Shown here: positions 1 to 10,468 of the stretch, in pieces
Numbering within the stretch: position 1 is the first letter of the stretch
Layout: each line of letters opens with the position of its first letter
The notes under the pieces: generated by a model
Database searches by the model: none
Told to the model about the DNA's origin: nothing
Seen by the model: the letters and a program-made list of their open reading frames with translations, nothing else
Sequence record: NC_005856.1
Origin: Escherichia phage P1
Direction: 5' to 3' (one strand)
DNA: 64,000 bases
Program-made: the position numbers and the translations under genes

Positions 1-17
1 ACATTATACGAAGTTAT
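1..17. other. loxP recombination site, partial (last 4 nt of spacer plus right 13-bp arm TATACGAAGTTAT); window begins inside the site
   Basis: Window starts ACATTATACGAAGTTAT, matching the 3' half of the canonical 34-bp loxP (ATAACTTCGTATA-GCATACAT-TATACGAAGTTAT); the Cre gene follows about 420 bp downstream. Confidence 0.85.
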
Positions 18-36
18 ATTAAGGGTTATTGAATAT

Positions 37-109
37 GATCAATTTACCTGTAAATCCATACAGTTCAATACCTTAGCAGGTCAAATAGTGACCACTTGAT
101 CATTTGATC
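37..109. promoter_or_regulatory. Cluster of three Dam GATC sites (each in TGATCA context) in the cre upstream region
   Basis: GATC at 37-40, 98-101 and 106-109; cre promoters are reported to be Dam-sensitive (established knowledge); exact promoter hexamers not assigned. Confidence 0.45.
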
Positions 110-115
110 AAGGTT

Positions 116-174
116 GCGCTACGTAAAATCTGTGAAAAATTGGCGGTGTTAGTCCTACAGATTTCGCGTAGCGC
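116..174. repeat. 18-bp imperfect inverted repeat (GCGCTACGTAAAATCTGT / ACAGATTTCGCGTAGCGC) with 23-bp spacer
   Basis: Arms at 116-133 and 157-174 differ at 2 positions; lies between loxP and the first strongly ribosome-binding-site-led ORF. Confidence 0.5.
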
Positions 175-206
175 ACTTAGCACCACCAATCAATCAGAGG
201 TGAAAA

Positions 207-428
207 ATGGGATATTCAACTGCTAAAGTGTCCACTCATCTTGAGCTTGAGAAAAACCGTGGTTACTGGCGGGCAAAAGGGTTTGATCGTGATAGTTGCC
301 AACTGTCATTATCGCGCGGTGAAGAGAAAATAGAACGCACGCGCGGTCGCTGGCGTTTCTATGACGAGAACCATAAACAGGTAAAGGCAGAGCCGATCCT
401 GTACACTTTACTTAAAACCATTATCTGA
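207..428 (+). CDS. Hypothetical small protein (73 aa) immediately upstream of cre
   Basis: ATG at 207 preceded by GAGG 6 nt upstream; stop TGA 426-428 lies 8 nt before the cre ATG; no recognisable domain, so it may be non-coding leader sequence. Confidence 0.3.
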   Translation: MGYSTAKVSTHLELEKNRGYWRAKGFDRDSCQLSLSRGEEKIERTRGRWRFYDENHKQVKAEPILYTLLKTII

Positions 429-435
429 GTGTTAA

Positions 436-1467
436 ATGTCCAATTTACTGACCGTACACCAAAATTTGCCTGCATTACCGGTCGATGCAACGAGTGATGA
501 GGTTCGCAAGAACCTGATGGACATGTTCAGGGATCGCCAGGCGTTTTCTGAGCATACCTGGAAAATGCTTCTGTCCGTTTGCCGGTCGTGGGCGGCATGG
601 TGCAAGTTGAATAACCGGAAATGGTTTCCCGCAGAACCTGAAGATGTTCGCGATTATCTTCTATATCTTCAGGCGCGCGGTCTGGCAGTAAAAACTATCC
701 AGCAACATTTGGGCCAGCTAAACATGCTTCATCGTCGGTCCGGGCTGCCACGACCAAGTGACAGCAATGCTGTTTCACTGGTTATGCGGCGGATCCGAAA
801 AGAAAACGTTGATGCCGGTGAACGTGCAAAACAGGCTCTAGCGTTCGAACGCACTGATTTCGACCAGGTTCGTTCACTCATGGAAAATAGCGATCGCTGC
901 CAGGATATACGTAATCTGGCATTTCTGGGGATTGCTTATAACACCCTGTTACGTATAGCCGAAATTGCCAGGATCAGGGTTAAAGATATCTCACGTACTG
1001 ACGGTGGGAGAATGTTAATCCATATTGGCAGAACGAAAACGCTGGTTAGCACCGCAGGTGTAGAGAAGGCACTTAGCCTGGGGGTAACTAAACTGGTCGA
1101 GCGATGGATTTCCGTCTCTGGTGTAGCTGATGATCCGAATAACTACCTGTTTTGCCGGGTCAGAAAAAATGGTGTTGCCGCGCCATCTGCCACCAGCCAG
1201 CTATCAACTCGCGCCCTGGAAGGGATTTTTGAAGCAACTCATCGATTGATTTACGGCGCTAAGGATGACTCTGGTCAGAGATACCTGGCCTGGTCTGGAC
1301 ACAGTGCCCGTGTCGGAGCCGCGCGAGATATGGCCCGCGCTGGAGTTTCAATACCGGAGATCATGCAAGCTGGTGGCTGGACCAATGTAAATATTGTCAT
1401 GAACTATATCCGTAACCTGGATAGTGAAACAGGGGCAATGGTGCGCCTGCTGGAAGATGGCGATTAG
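436..1467 (+). CDS. cre: Cre tyrosine site-specific recombinase (343 aa)
   Basis: Protein MSNLLTVHQNLPALPVDATSDEVRKNLMDMFRDRQAFSEHTWKMLLSVCRSWAAWCKLNNRKWFPAEPEDVRDYLLYLQARGLAVKTIQQHLGQLNMLHRR...MVRLLEDGD is recognisably P1 Cre; adjacent to loxP. Confidence 0.97.
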   Translation: MSNLLTVHQNLPALPVDATSDEVRKNLMDMFRDRQAFSEHTWKMLLSVCRSWAAWCKLNNRKWFPAEPEDVRDYLLYLQARGLAVKTIQQHLGQLNMLHRRSGLPRPSDSNAVSLVMRRIRKENVDAGERAKQALAFERTDFDQVRSLMENSDRCQDIRNLAFLGIAYNTLLRIAEIARIRVKDISRTDGGRMLIHIGRTKTLVSTAGVEKALSLGVTKLVERWISVSGVADDPNNYLFCRVRKNGVAAPSATSQLSTRALEGIFEATHRLIYGAKDDSGQRYLAWSGHSARVGAARDMARAGVSIPEIMQAGGWTNVNIVMNYIRNLDSETGAMVRLLEDGD

Positions 1468-1484
1468 CCATTAACGCGTAAATG

Positions 1485-1501
1485 ATTGCTATAATTATTT
1501 G
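1485..1501. promoter_or_regulatory. C1 repressor operator-like 17-mer (ATTGCTATAATTATTTG)
   Basis: 13/17 match to the asymmetric C1 operator consensus ATTGCTCTAATAAATTT; located between cre and the next ORF. Confidence 0.4.
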
Positions 1502-1517
1502 ATATTTATGGTGACAT

Positions 1518-1829
1518 ATGAGAAAGGATTTCAACATCGACGGAAAATATGTAGTGCTGTCTGTAAGCACTAATATTCAGTCGCCAGCCGTCATTGTCAC
1601 TGTAAAGCTGAGCGATAGAATGCCTGATATTGACTCAATATCCGTTGCGTTTCCTGTCAAAAGTATGCGTAGTGCTGAACATTTCGTGATGAATGCCACC
1701 GAGGAAGAAGCACGGCGCGGTTTTGCTAAAGTGATGTCTGAGTTTGGCGAACTCTTGGGTAAGGTTAACAATGTCCTTTCAATCAGTTCAGCAAGGTCCA
1801 AAGCGTTAACAGCTTCCATGATGAAATAA
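1518..1829 (+). CDS. cra: Hypothetical protein, cre-adjacent (position of P1 cra)
   Basis: 103-aa ORF directly downstream of cre; symbol assigned by position from memory of the P1 map; no domain recognised. Confidence 0.45.
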   Translation: MRKDFNIDGKYVVLSVSTNIQSPAVIVTVKLSDRMPDIDSISVAFPVKSMRSAEHFVMNATEEEARRGFAKVMSEFGELLGKVNNVLSISSARSKALTASMMK

Positions 1830-1855
1830 AAAAAAGCCTGGCAAGGAGCCAGGCT
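1826..1855 (-). terminator. Intrinsic-terminator-like hairpin oriented for leftward (minus-strand) transcription
   Basis: Stem AGCCTGG/CCAGGCT (1835-1841/1849-1855) with 7-nt loop; A9 run at 1826-1834 on the plus strand gives a U-tract on the minus strand; no U-tract on the plus side. Confidence 0.4.
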
Positions 1856-1961
1856 GCACAAAAGAGCGGGTTTGTATTCCGCATCCAATCAATCAAGAAG
1901 GAGTATAGCACACAGGTACTGAAGTGAAAAAATGTGATTCGCGATAAACAAAATATCTATC

Positions 1962-1991
1962 ATTGCTCTAATTGATTGCTATAATTGAGCC
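1962..1991. promoter_or_regulatory. Two overlapping C1-operator-like 17-mers with a TATAAT -10 (ref promoter/operator region)
   Basis: ATTGCTCTAATTGATTG (1962-1978) and ATTGCTATAATTGAGCC (1975-1991) resemble ATTGCTCTAATAAATTT; TATAAT at 1980-1985; position (~2% of a ~94 kb genome) fits the map-unit operator naming I recall for P1 (Op2). Confidence 0.6.
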
Positions 1992-2045
1992 GCAGTTTTT
2001 GTCAACTACGAAGACGTTGCCATTACTTCACTCCTTGACATCATT

Positions 2046-2071
2046 GGCGGCCATTAGGCCGCCTTTTTTTT
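2046..2071 (+). terminator. GC-rich hairpin plus T8: intrinsic-terminator-like structure in the ref 5' leader
   Basis: GGCGGCC-ATTA-GGCCGCC (2046-2063) followed by TTTTTTTT (2064-2071), ending 5 nt before the ref ATG at 2077. Confidence 0.55.
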
Positions 2072-2076
2072 GCCAT

Positions 2077-2637
2077 ATGAAAACAATCGAACAAAAAATT
2101 GAACAGTGCCGCAAGTGGCAGAAGGCAGCCAGAGAACGAGCGATCGCTCGGCAACGGGAGAAGTTGGCTGATCCGGTCTGGCGAGAATCTCAATATCAGA
2201 AAATGCGGGATACTCTCGACCGCCGTATCGCTAAACAGAAAGAGCGCCCACCAGCCAGCAAAACGCGGAAAAGCGCGGTAAAAATAAAATCTCGTGGCTT
2301 GAAGGGGAGAACACCAACGGCGGAGGAACGGCGCATCGCCAATGCTCTTGGCGCTCTCCCCTGCATTGCCTGCTATATGCATGGAGTAATATCTAATGAG
2401 GTGTCTCTGCACCATATCGCCGGTCGTACCGCGCCGGGTTGTCATAAAAAGCAATTGCCACTTTGTAGATGGCACCACCAGCATGCAGCTCCGGCTGAAG
2501 TAAGAGAAAAATACCCATGGCTGGTCCCTGTTCATGCCGATGGTGTGGTTGGAGGCAAGAAAGAATTCACCTTGCTGAACAAGTCAGAGATGGAGTTACT
2601 GGCTGACGCCTATGAGATGGCAAACATCATGCACTAA
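2077..2637 (+). CDS. ref: Ref, RecA-dependent HNH endonuclease (recombination enhancement function), 186 aa
   Basis: ATG at 2077 gives 186 aa (MKTIEQKIEQCRKWQKAARERAIARQREKLADP...); charged N-terminus then a Cys/His-rich HNH-like core (CIACYMHGV...LHHIAGRTAPGCHKKQLPLCRWHHQH); preceded by C1 operators. The table ORF 1972-2637 starts at a TTG inside the operator and is not the likely start. Confidence 0.85.
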   Translation: MKTIEQKIEQCRKWQKAARERAIARQREKLADPVWRESQYQKMRDTLDRRIAKQKERPPASKTRKSAVKIKSRGLKGRTPTAEERRIANALGALPCIACYMHGVISNEVSLHHIAGRTAPGCHKKQLPLCRWHHQHAAPAEVREKYPWLVPVHADGVVGGKKEFTLLNKSEMELLADAYEMANIMH

Positions 2638-2665
2638 TAAATATATTATTTTTAATGATAAATGA

Positions 2666-2696
2666 TTGACAACTGACAAGTGACTTCAGTCAGAAT
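2666..2696 (+). promoter_or_regulatory. Composite promoter upstream of mat: -35 TTGACA plus late-promoter -22 element and -10
   Basis: TTGACA at 2666-2671; GACAAGTGACT at 2675-2685 (10/11 to the AACAAGTGACT family), N5, CAGAAT at 2691-2696; P1 mat is reported to carry both early and late promoter elements (established knowledge, from memory). Confidence 0.5.
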
Positions 2697-2826
2697 CATC
2701 ACACGCCCGGTACGGATGGATCCCTTTTCAAATATTCCATGGACGGCACAGTCTGAGTACCGGGCGCTACCTTCAGTTGTATTGCTAAGCCGCCGCTGGT
2801 GGCTTTTCTTTTTTGTAGGGGGCGCT

Positions 2827-3468
2827 ATGGATAAGAAAATATGCGTTGTTTCGATGAGCGTCGGCAAACCGGCGTCAATGACTGCTGCATGGATCAATAA
2901 CGAGCTGATAATGGCTGAGCGGACCAGCTACCCTGAACGCCGCCGCGATATGGAACTCCAGCTGCTGCGCGAATTGCGAGAAAAAGAGGAAAAGGGTTTT
3001 ATCGTGCTGGTGGAAGAGGAAAACAGCTTTATTACTGGACGAGTTGGCCAGCGTGTAAGGTTGCGTGATCCCTTCATGAACGGTAGACCGGTACTGATTG
3101 AAGCAATGCAGATTTACAAGGAATTGGAACGCCAGAAAGCGATCAAGTTACCGCGCAAGGAATCCGGCAAATACATCCTCCACCAAAGCATCTTCGATTC
3201 CGAACATGACAAAAAAGGCGATGAATTTTTCAACATCAACTGGAGCGAAATAACGACAGAGCACGTTCTGACGTTGTTATGCTGCTTCGCAACGGAATAC
3301 AACAACGTTGCAAACTCCGACTACATCAGGGCAATGGCTGGAGAAGTTGAGCCACGCCAGGAACCATCGTTACTAAGTCCACTGATTAACATAATTCGCG
3401 GCACACAGAGACTTGCGGAAAAAAGCGTTCCACATGGAATCTTAACTGGAAAGGGAAACTATTTTTAA
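2827..3468 (+). CDS. mat: Particle maturation protein candidate (213 aa from ATG 2827; longest ORF begins 2680)
   Basis: ORF downstream of the composite promoter; ATG 2827 preceded by a G-rich Shine-Dalgarno (TAGGGGG); starts at 2680 or 2716 would lie inside or too near the promoter; name assigned by position from memory. Confidence 0.5.
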   Translation: MDKKICVVSMSVGKPASMTAAWINNELIMAERTSYPERRRDMELQLLRELREKEEKGFIVLVEEENSFITGRVGQRVRLRDPFMNGRPVLIEAMQIYKELERQKAIKLPRKESGKYILHQSIFDSEHDKKGDEFFNINWSEITTEHVLTLLCCFATEYNNVANSDYIRAMAGEVEPRQEPSLLSPLINIIRGTQRLAEKSVPHGILTGKGNYF

Positions 3469-3510
3469 CGACCTGAGCGCCACTTCTTTCAGGTCGTGTT
3501 GGATGTCATA

Positions 3511-3534
3511 AAAAGGAGGTTTTCACCTCCTTTT
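3511..3534. terminator. Bidirectional intrinsic terminator between convergent mat and res
   Basis: Perfect palindrome AAAAGGAGGT-TTTC-ACCTCCTTTT (10-bp stem, 4-nt loop) gives hairpin plus U-tract on both strands. Confidence 0.65.
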
Positions 3535-3543
3535 AAACTGGAA

Positions 3544-6456
3544 TTATGGTAATGCGCTCTTGATTAACTGATAAATATCATCATTAGCAAACTGCGTTTT
3601 GAATTCAACTTTAACAGACTGACTTATTTGATTGAAAAGCGCCTGGGCATGTTCAATTTTCTTTTTTTCTTCAAGCCGTAAACTATCCTTACTATCTACG
3701 TTTTTTGTTTCAATGATAAAGTTAAGATAATCACCTTCTGCTGTTTTTACAACATAAGCAAAATCGGGTGAGTAAGTGTATCCACCAGCTACCGGGATCT
3801 TAATAGAATTCTTCGGTATCTTTGAAAAAACAACAACAGACTGGATCTCTCTATCTGTTATATTACGCCTTTCAAGCTCTGAATCATAAAAAACTTCTTC
3901 AAAAAGATAAGTATCTAATGGTGCTTTTGAATTATCCTGTAATACACCAAGATCACTTGATAATACCTCGTCTAGAGGCTTACCATCAGCATTTGTGAAC
4001 TTTGTGGGATGAATTGAACCCGAAATCAAATTATATCCGAGGCTGAATTTATTAAACGAATTGTTCAACAAATACTTACTAAAACCAGATTTAATTTTTC
4101 TGATTGTTTGAATATTCAGGTATTCAGTGATATTAATAGTGTCTTTTATATCACAAAAAACTTTATGTAAAGTATCGTGTTTAACAAAAATAGTCTGTGA
4201 TAAGTTATCGAGAAACTCTCGATAACTCATTGTGTTTAGCTTAGCAAAGTCATCGTCATCACTAACAATGCTTTTCGACATTGCCATATCATTGTGGATG
4301 TAAATTTTATCAATGCGAGTATGAACGCCTGATTTGGTAAATCGTTCTGTTTCTTCGAGCATGAATGACTTGAAAATGGATAAAAACTCATTTTCACTGT
4401 TTATTTTGTACTCAATCACCGCTTTTTGATTGATTAATTCCCATAGTTCTTTCAGCTCACTGAACTTACCAACACGCATTTTAGTGCGTCTTTTTCCATC
4501 AGTAGCTTTTTTGATTTTACCTGGTTTCACTCCTATAGGGAATGCTGCTGGATATTTGGATTTTAAGCGGCTGTAGGCATCTGAATCTTTGAAATTATCA
4601 TTGTCATCAATGATTTCATCATTGAAAAGTTCATTCATTAGTGCTCTGGATGAAAGCTCAGGATACTGAGCCCTGATTTGTTCCTTAAGCTCTTGAGTAA
4701 ACTTACTTGGAACCCTTTCTTTGAAAGAACTCTCATTGACCTCTTTAACAAGTGAGTCAACAAAATCCTTTTCTGTAAAATCGACATAATATTTAAGGGT
4801 AAAATTGCGGTCTTTCACTCGACACATGTATTCATTCACAGGAAGACGCAAACCGCGCCCTACCTCTTGAAGCTTGGATGTGGTACTACCGCTCGAACGG
4901 AGCTTACAGATCTGAAAGACATTAGGATTATCCCATCCCTCACGCAACGTCCATTTGGAGAAAATGAAACGACGTGGATTATCTAAAGACAGCAAAAGCT
5001 CTTTGTCATGAAGGATTTCGTTGATTTCCTTCTCGATTTTATCATCCTTATCACTGTTATCTTTTGAAAAATAACCGCCATGAACGGAAGATATATCTTT
5101 AACTGTTTTTTCAAGATAGTTACTATAAAACTCATCTTTTTCTATTTTTAACAGTTCATTAGCTTCTGCCAAAACATATTCTTCGAACTTAGCTTTCAAA
5201 CTTCCGGCAATATTATTACCGTCACGATAACCTTCAATATCATCAATAAAGAAAAGAGTAAGAGGCTTTATGCGTGGCCTTTGTGTCAGAAACTCTTTTT
5301 CTAACTTAAAGTGTTCTTTGATAGCTTTCCTCATCATGCTGTCAGCAAGTGTCTGATCGTAAGAATAGGGGTTTATTGAGCAACCAATTTTTAGCTCAAT
5401 ACCATTACTCAACACTACTGTATTCTTGCCTAAGGCATCAAGAGTTAAATCGTGAATAGCACTATGTGTCTTAGATAGAGATTCACCTTTTGTTAACTTA
5501 AATAAAGTTTTCTTGTTATTTTCATTTAGCTCAAATGTAACTTCTTCCCCATCAGATTTAATGAACTTTAGGTTGGCGTCACCATCACCAACAATATCCT
5601 CAATGTACGCATCAATACCTTTAACAAGGTCTTCATTAAATGCATCCACAGCTGTAAGTCGATAAACTAAATTCTTATAGCCTTCACTAAAGGTCGCACC
5701 GTAGCGGATAATATATTGAGCATTAAACTTCTCTATATTTTCCCATGTCTTTTTACCAGTAGGAAATTTATGTGGTTCATCAATGATAATGAATGGTTTT
5801 ACCGCACCAAGAGCTGAAAAGGGAGAATCAAAATGATTGTCAAGCAAGCCAACATCATAAGTGGAATTTAAATTCTTAGAGTGAATCATTCCCGTGTTAA
5901 TAACAAGAACGTGTATATATTTCTTATTGAAATTACTAGCTTCAACAAAATCATGTATAGCTTGAGGCATATACGATTTTGTGCTTTTACCGGCATTTTT
6001 CTGACTTTCAACAACGTAAGTCTTTATTTCACGCTCATAATCATCTCTAAAGTGTTCTTTTAACGCATCGCTTTTCAAAAAGTTCACTGTTCCAGCTTTG
6101 ATCGATAGAGTAGGAACAATAATGATAAACTTATTAATGCCAAATGATTTGTTCAGATCAAAAATTGTTTTAGTGTAGGTATACGTTTTACCTGTACCTG
6201 TCTCCATAGAAACATCAATTACGTTGCTTCTAGCATCGTAATTATTTTTTACATGTTCAATACCATTGAGTTCCTGAACTTTTTTTATATTTTTATAGTA
6301 TTGCTGTTCAGTAAGCCGTAATTCTGGATTAACTAACAGGCGAATAGAAACATTATCCTCCTGATGAGATGTCGCGGAAACAAAAACGTTCATCACCGCA
6401 TCGACACCTGCTTTCTGATGCGGTAAGTTCTTTTCGAATGTGAACCCTTTTGACAT
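3544..6456 (-). CDS. res: Type III restriction enzyme Res subunit (EcoP1I-like, 970 aa)
   Basis: 970-aa ORF with helicase-like motifs (TGTGKTYT Walker A; IIDEPH DEAH-like box); directly downstream of, and overlapping by ATGA, the mod reading frame on the same strand. Confidence 0.92.
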   Translation of the reverse strand: MSKGFTFEKNLPHQKAGVDAVMNVFVSATSHQEDNVSIRLLVNPELRLTEQQYYKNIKKVQELNGIEHVKNNYDARSNVIDVSMETGTGKTYTYTKTIFDLNKSFGINKFIIIVPTLSIKAGTVNFLKSDALKEHFRDDYEREIKTYVVESQKNAGKSTKSYMPQAIHDFVEASNFNKKYIHVLVINTGMIHSKNLNSTYDVGLLDNHFDSPFSALGAVKPFIIIDEPHKFPTGKKTWENIEKFNAQYIIRYGATFSEGYKNLVYRLTAVDAFNEDLVKGIDAYIEDIVGDGDANLKFIKSDGEEVTFELNENNKKTLFKLTKGESLSKTHSAIHDLTLDALGKNTVVLSNGIELKIGCSINPYSYDQTLADSMMRKAIKEHFKLEKEFLTQRPRIKPLTLFFIDDIEGYRDGNNIAGSLKAKFEEYVLAEANELLKIEKDEFYSNYLEKTVKDISSVHGGYFSKDNSDKDDKIEKEINEILHDKELLLSLDNPRRFIFSKWTLREGWDNPNVFQICKLRSSGSTTSKLQEVGRGLRLPVNEYMCRVKDRNFTLKYYVDFTEKDFVDSLVKEVNESSFKERVPSKFTQELKEQIRAQYPELSSRALMNELFNDEIIDDNDNFKDSDAYSRLKSKYPAAFPIGVKPGKIKKATDGKRRTKMRVGKFSELKELWELINQKAVIEYKINSENEFLSIFKSFMLEETERFTKSGVHTRIDKIYIHNDMAMSKSIVSDDDDFAKLNTMSYREFLDNLSQTIFVKHDTLHKVFCDIKDTINITEYLNIQTIRKIKSGFSKYLLNNSFNKFSLGYNLISGSIHPTKFTNADGKPLDEVLSSDLGVLQDNSKAPLDTYLFEEVFYDSELERRNITDREIQSVVVFSKIPKNSIKIPVAGGYTYSPDFAYVVKTAEGDYLNFIIETKNVDSKDSLRLEEKKKIEHAQALFNQISQSVKVEFKTQFANDDIYQLIKSALP

Positions 6457-7651
6457 GATTAGTTCCTTACCACTAAATCTAACTCAATAGATTTTTTGTT
6501 AGCATAACTTTTTAGCGCCTCATTAAGCTCCCTTTGTTTTGCACTTTCAAAGTTACAACCATAAAACACGACTTTGTTTGGGGCAAAATCTTCATCTGAA
6601 TCCAGCTTTTGGAGCAACGCTTTCAATGCTTCGCTAGTAAAATTAGGTGCAATCAAATACAGACGGCCATTGCAAAAGTGTGCTGTATAGCCACTAAGAT
6701 CAACATCTTCAATAGGTGTTGTTAACAAGCTACCATCATATACACACCATGTAGTCAATAGGGCATCATACTGTTCAGGCGTTAATACCGCATCATCAAA
6801 GAATGTATGATTAGTGAGCGTAAGTTCAGACTCAACTTTTGCTCTAAAGTCATCAATAGTATGAATCACTTTGAAACCTATTTTAGCCGCATTATCACTT
6901 GTGGTTGTGCTTTTTTTAAATACCTCCTGTATCCTTTTTTTTGTTATTTCAAAAATAGATCTATAGCCAAGAGAATAGGCATTCTTTGTTTTATTTATAA
7001 CTTCATCTTTTTGTATGCATATAAAATTCCTACAGCCTGAATCTTTTTCATTTAAATATGCAACAGCTTCTGCTGTCGTACCAGAGCCAGCAAAAAAGTC
7101 AAGAACTAATGAATCCTTTTTTGTTCCTATTTTTACAAGATCGGTTATAAGAGGAACAGGTTTTGGTCCTTCAAATAATTTTGCACCTAAAAGATTTTTA
7201 AGCTCAGTTGTCGCCGTGCTTGTACTATATTCAGGTTTATACCAAATTGATTTTGGCTTTTTAGTTGGTAGCTCTCCAAGAGCAGGCCGCTGTTTTTTAT
7301 AGATATTTTTACCATCTTTTATATCTATTACTATTAGATTATAAAACTCATCATTTATTTTTTTCTTTCCCCACGACCATGAAAGCTCTTCACCCGTAGG
7401 GCTTACTGGGTAAAGTACATAGTCATCTTCGTTAAGAGGTTTATCATCATCTGTTACATAAACCTTATTTTCTGAATTGATGAATACCGGAAACCAACCT
7501 TTTGGTCTTGATTTTCTAGAAGCATCTTGGCCAGTACGCTTTAATGTATCAGCTCTTTTAAATAGCCCATATTCATCTTCATCCCACTCTTTTTCAACTT
7601 CACTTTCATCAATATCGAATTGCCCCAAACTACAAACATCTTTGTTTTTAG

Positions 7652-8846
<1,195 letters not shown>

Positions 8847-9749
8847 TTAGCGTATACATATATATATTCATGCGTATCTGAAAAGCCAAAGTTATCATGA
8901 TTGCCTTTGAGATTCATGATTGTAGGGAGTTTTGCAACAAAATTACCTTGCCCAAATACTTCGTCGCATAATAATCCCAACTGTTTATCTTCGTTATCGT
9001 CTATGGAGATGAATATTACTCCATCCTCTTTTAAAAGTTCACGTGCAATATAAAGACGAGGATAAATGAATGTCAGCCATGCACTATGACTGCTTGAACC
9101 CTTGGTGGTAAATTCAAGTATGCGGTTAGCCTCATCAAGCTCGATACCTGCCAGTTCAGAAAGCTGTTCTGGTGTAAACTTGCGATCATCGTTATAGACG
9201 AATCCATCTTTACCCGTATTGTATGGTGGGTCAATGTAAATCATATTCACCTTTTCAGCATAAGCATTAACCATATGCTTCAATACTTCGAGGTTATCCC
9301 CTTTGATTAACAGGTTTTGACTGTTCTTGTTCTCTTCTTGTTGGTTATGTGTTTTATCTTCTGCCAACAACGTTTTCGGTGGTAGATTGGCCAACAAACG
9401 GGCATAAGATTTACCCAGCCAGTTTAAACTGTATGATTCTTTAGAGAGTTCAACCTCCGATGCTCTAATAATCTCAAGCAATTTTTCTTGAATGAAGGCT
9501 CCGTTTTTATCAAAACACTGTGGGAAATTAGCTTTCAACACAGCCAGTTGCTTGCTGTTAGCCGTTTCTACTTCGGAAAAAATCGTTTCTTTTTTCATAT
9601 CCATTTTAAACCAGATCATTTAGCAACAAAGCGCCGCCTCCCCAGCCCGTTAGAGCCAGAAGTTGTGGCACTATCACTATCTATATGTTTGAAGAATCGT
9701 GCTTCTTTGAGCGATGCTCGGTGAGCAAACAGCCATAATTTGGGGAAGT

Positions 9750-9998
9750 TTAATCCGCATTGAGAAGCAATGCATTATCTATGATGATCTGCTCCCATTC
9801 TTCGAATGCCCGGTCACGGACGCCCTGGGGAACACTGTTTGTTTTGAAATCGACGACCGTCCGCCATTTCCCGTCCGGACGGTACATGCGCAGAGCTTTA
9901 CTTCCCCCTTCCCTGCGCACCTCAACGTTATGCTTGTCAGCAAACTCTTGTAATGCTCGTAGCGTCCCATGCTTTACTGTGTAGTATCGCTTTTTCAA
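9750..9998 (-). CDS. lxc: Small regulatory protein, position and size of P1 Lxc/Bof (C1 co-repressor), 82 aa
   Basis: 82-aa basic protein MKKRYYTVKHGTLRALQEF... upstream of mod; identity by position and size from memory. Confidence 0.55.
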   Translation of the reverse strand: MKKRYYTVKHGTLRALQEFADKHNVEVRREGGSKALRMYRPDGKWRTVVDFKTNSVPQGVRDRAFEEWEQIIIDNALLLNAD

Positions 9999-10435
9999 GT
10001 TTTCTCTCCAGCCTGTGCCAAGGCTTCAACTTCCAAATCGTAAGACTCAAACTCATAGTCCTGGTCGTCAACTTCTTCAGGGACTGGCAGTAAATGCCAG
10101 GCTGAGTATATCTGACCATTATCAAAACGCTCATGGCTGTAGAGCGTCGCGGCTATGAGTGTTAGCGCCGGGCGGTCATAACGGTAAAATTTGCGAACGT
10201 CACGGTCAACGAGACGACCGAAATTACCATAACCGCGCTCCAGTAATAATTTTTTAATTTCCGGCCAGTATGGGCCATAGCTGCGGTACAGGCGGGGATT
10301 TTTCAGTAATCGCCCGCGTAGCCCTGACAGGAAGAAATCAACGTATTCGTCTTCTGTCTTTCCTAACAATGCCGTACGCAGTACCGCCTCAAGATATGTT
10401 TTATTCGGTTTTATTGTATCAGATAGTGTGGCCAT
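9995..10435 (-). CDS. ulx: Hypothetical protein (146 aa), first gene of the darB operon region (P1 ulx position)
   Basis: ORF overlapping the lxc start by 4 nt and lying 33 nt downstream of darB on the same strand; no domain recognised. Confidence 0.45.
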   Translation of the reverse strand: MATLSDTIKPNKTYLEAVLRTALLGKTEDEYVDFFLSGLRGRLLKNPRLYRSYGPYWPEIKKLLLERGYGNFGRLVDRDVRKFYRYDRPALTLIAATLYSHERFDNGQIYSAWHLLPVPEEVDDQDYEFESYDLEVEALAQAGEKT

Positions 10436-10468
10436 ATTATGCGACGCCCGGCGAACCGGGCGCTCCTG

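Noticed and set aside
1577-1888. 103-aa minus-strand ORF overlapping cra and running through the hairpin at 1835-1855
   Set aside because: Almost fully antisense to the cra ORF and reads through a stable hairpin; no start context. Kept only as a possible alternative if cra itself proves non-coding.
2041-2535. 164-aa ORF antisense to ref (and 60-aa ORF 2099-2281)
   Set aside because: It lies entirely inside and opposite the well-supported ref reading frame, with no ribosome-binding site or promoter context; most likely a chance ORF.
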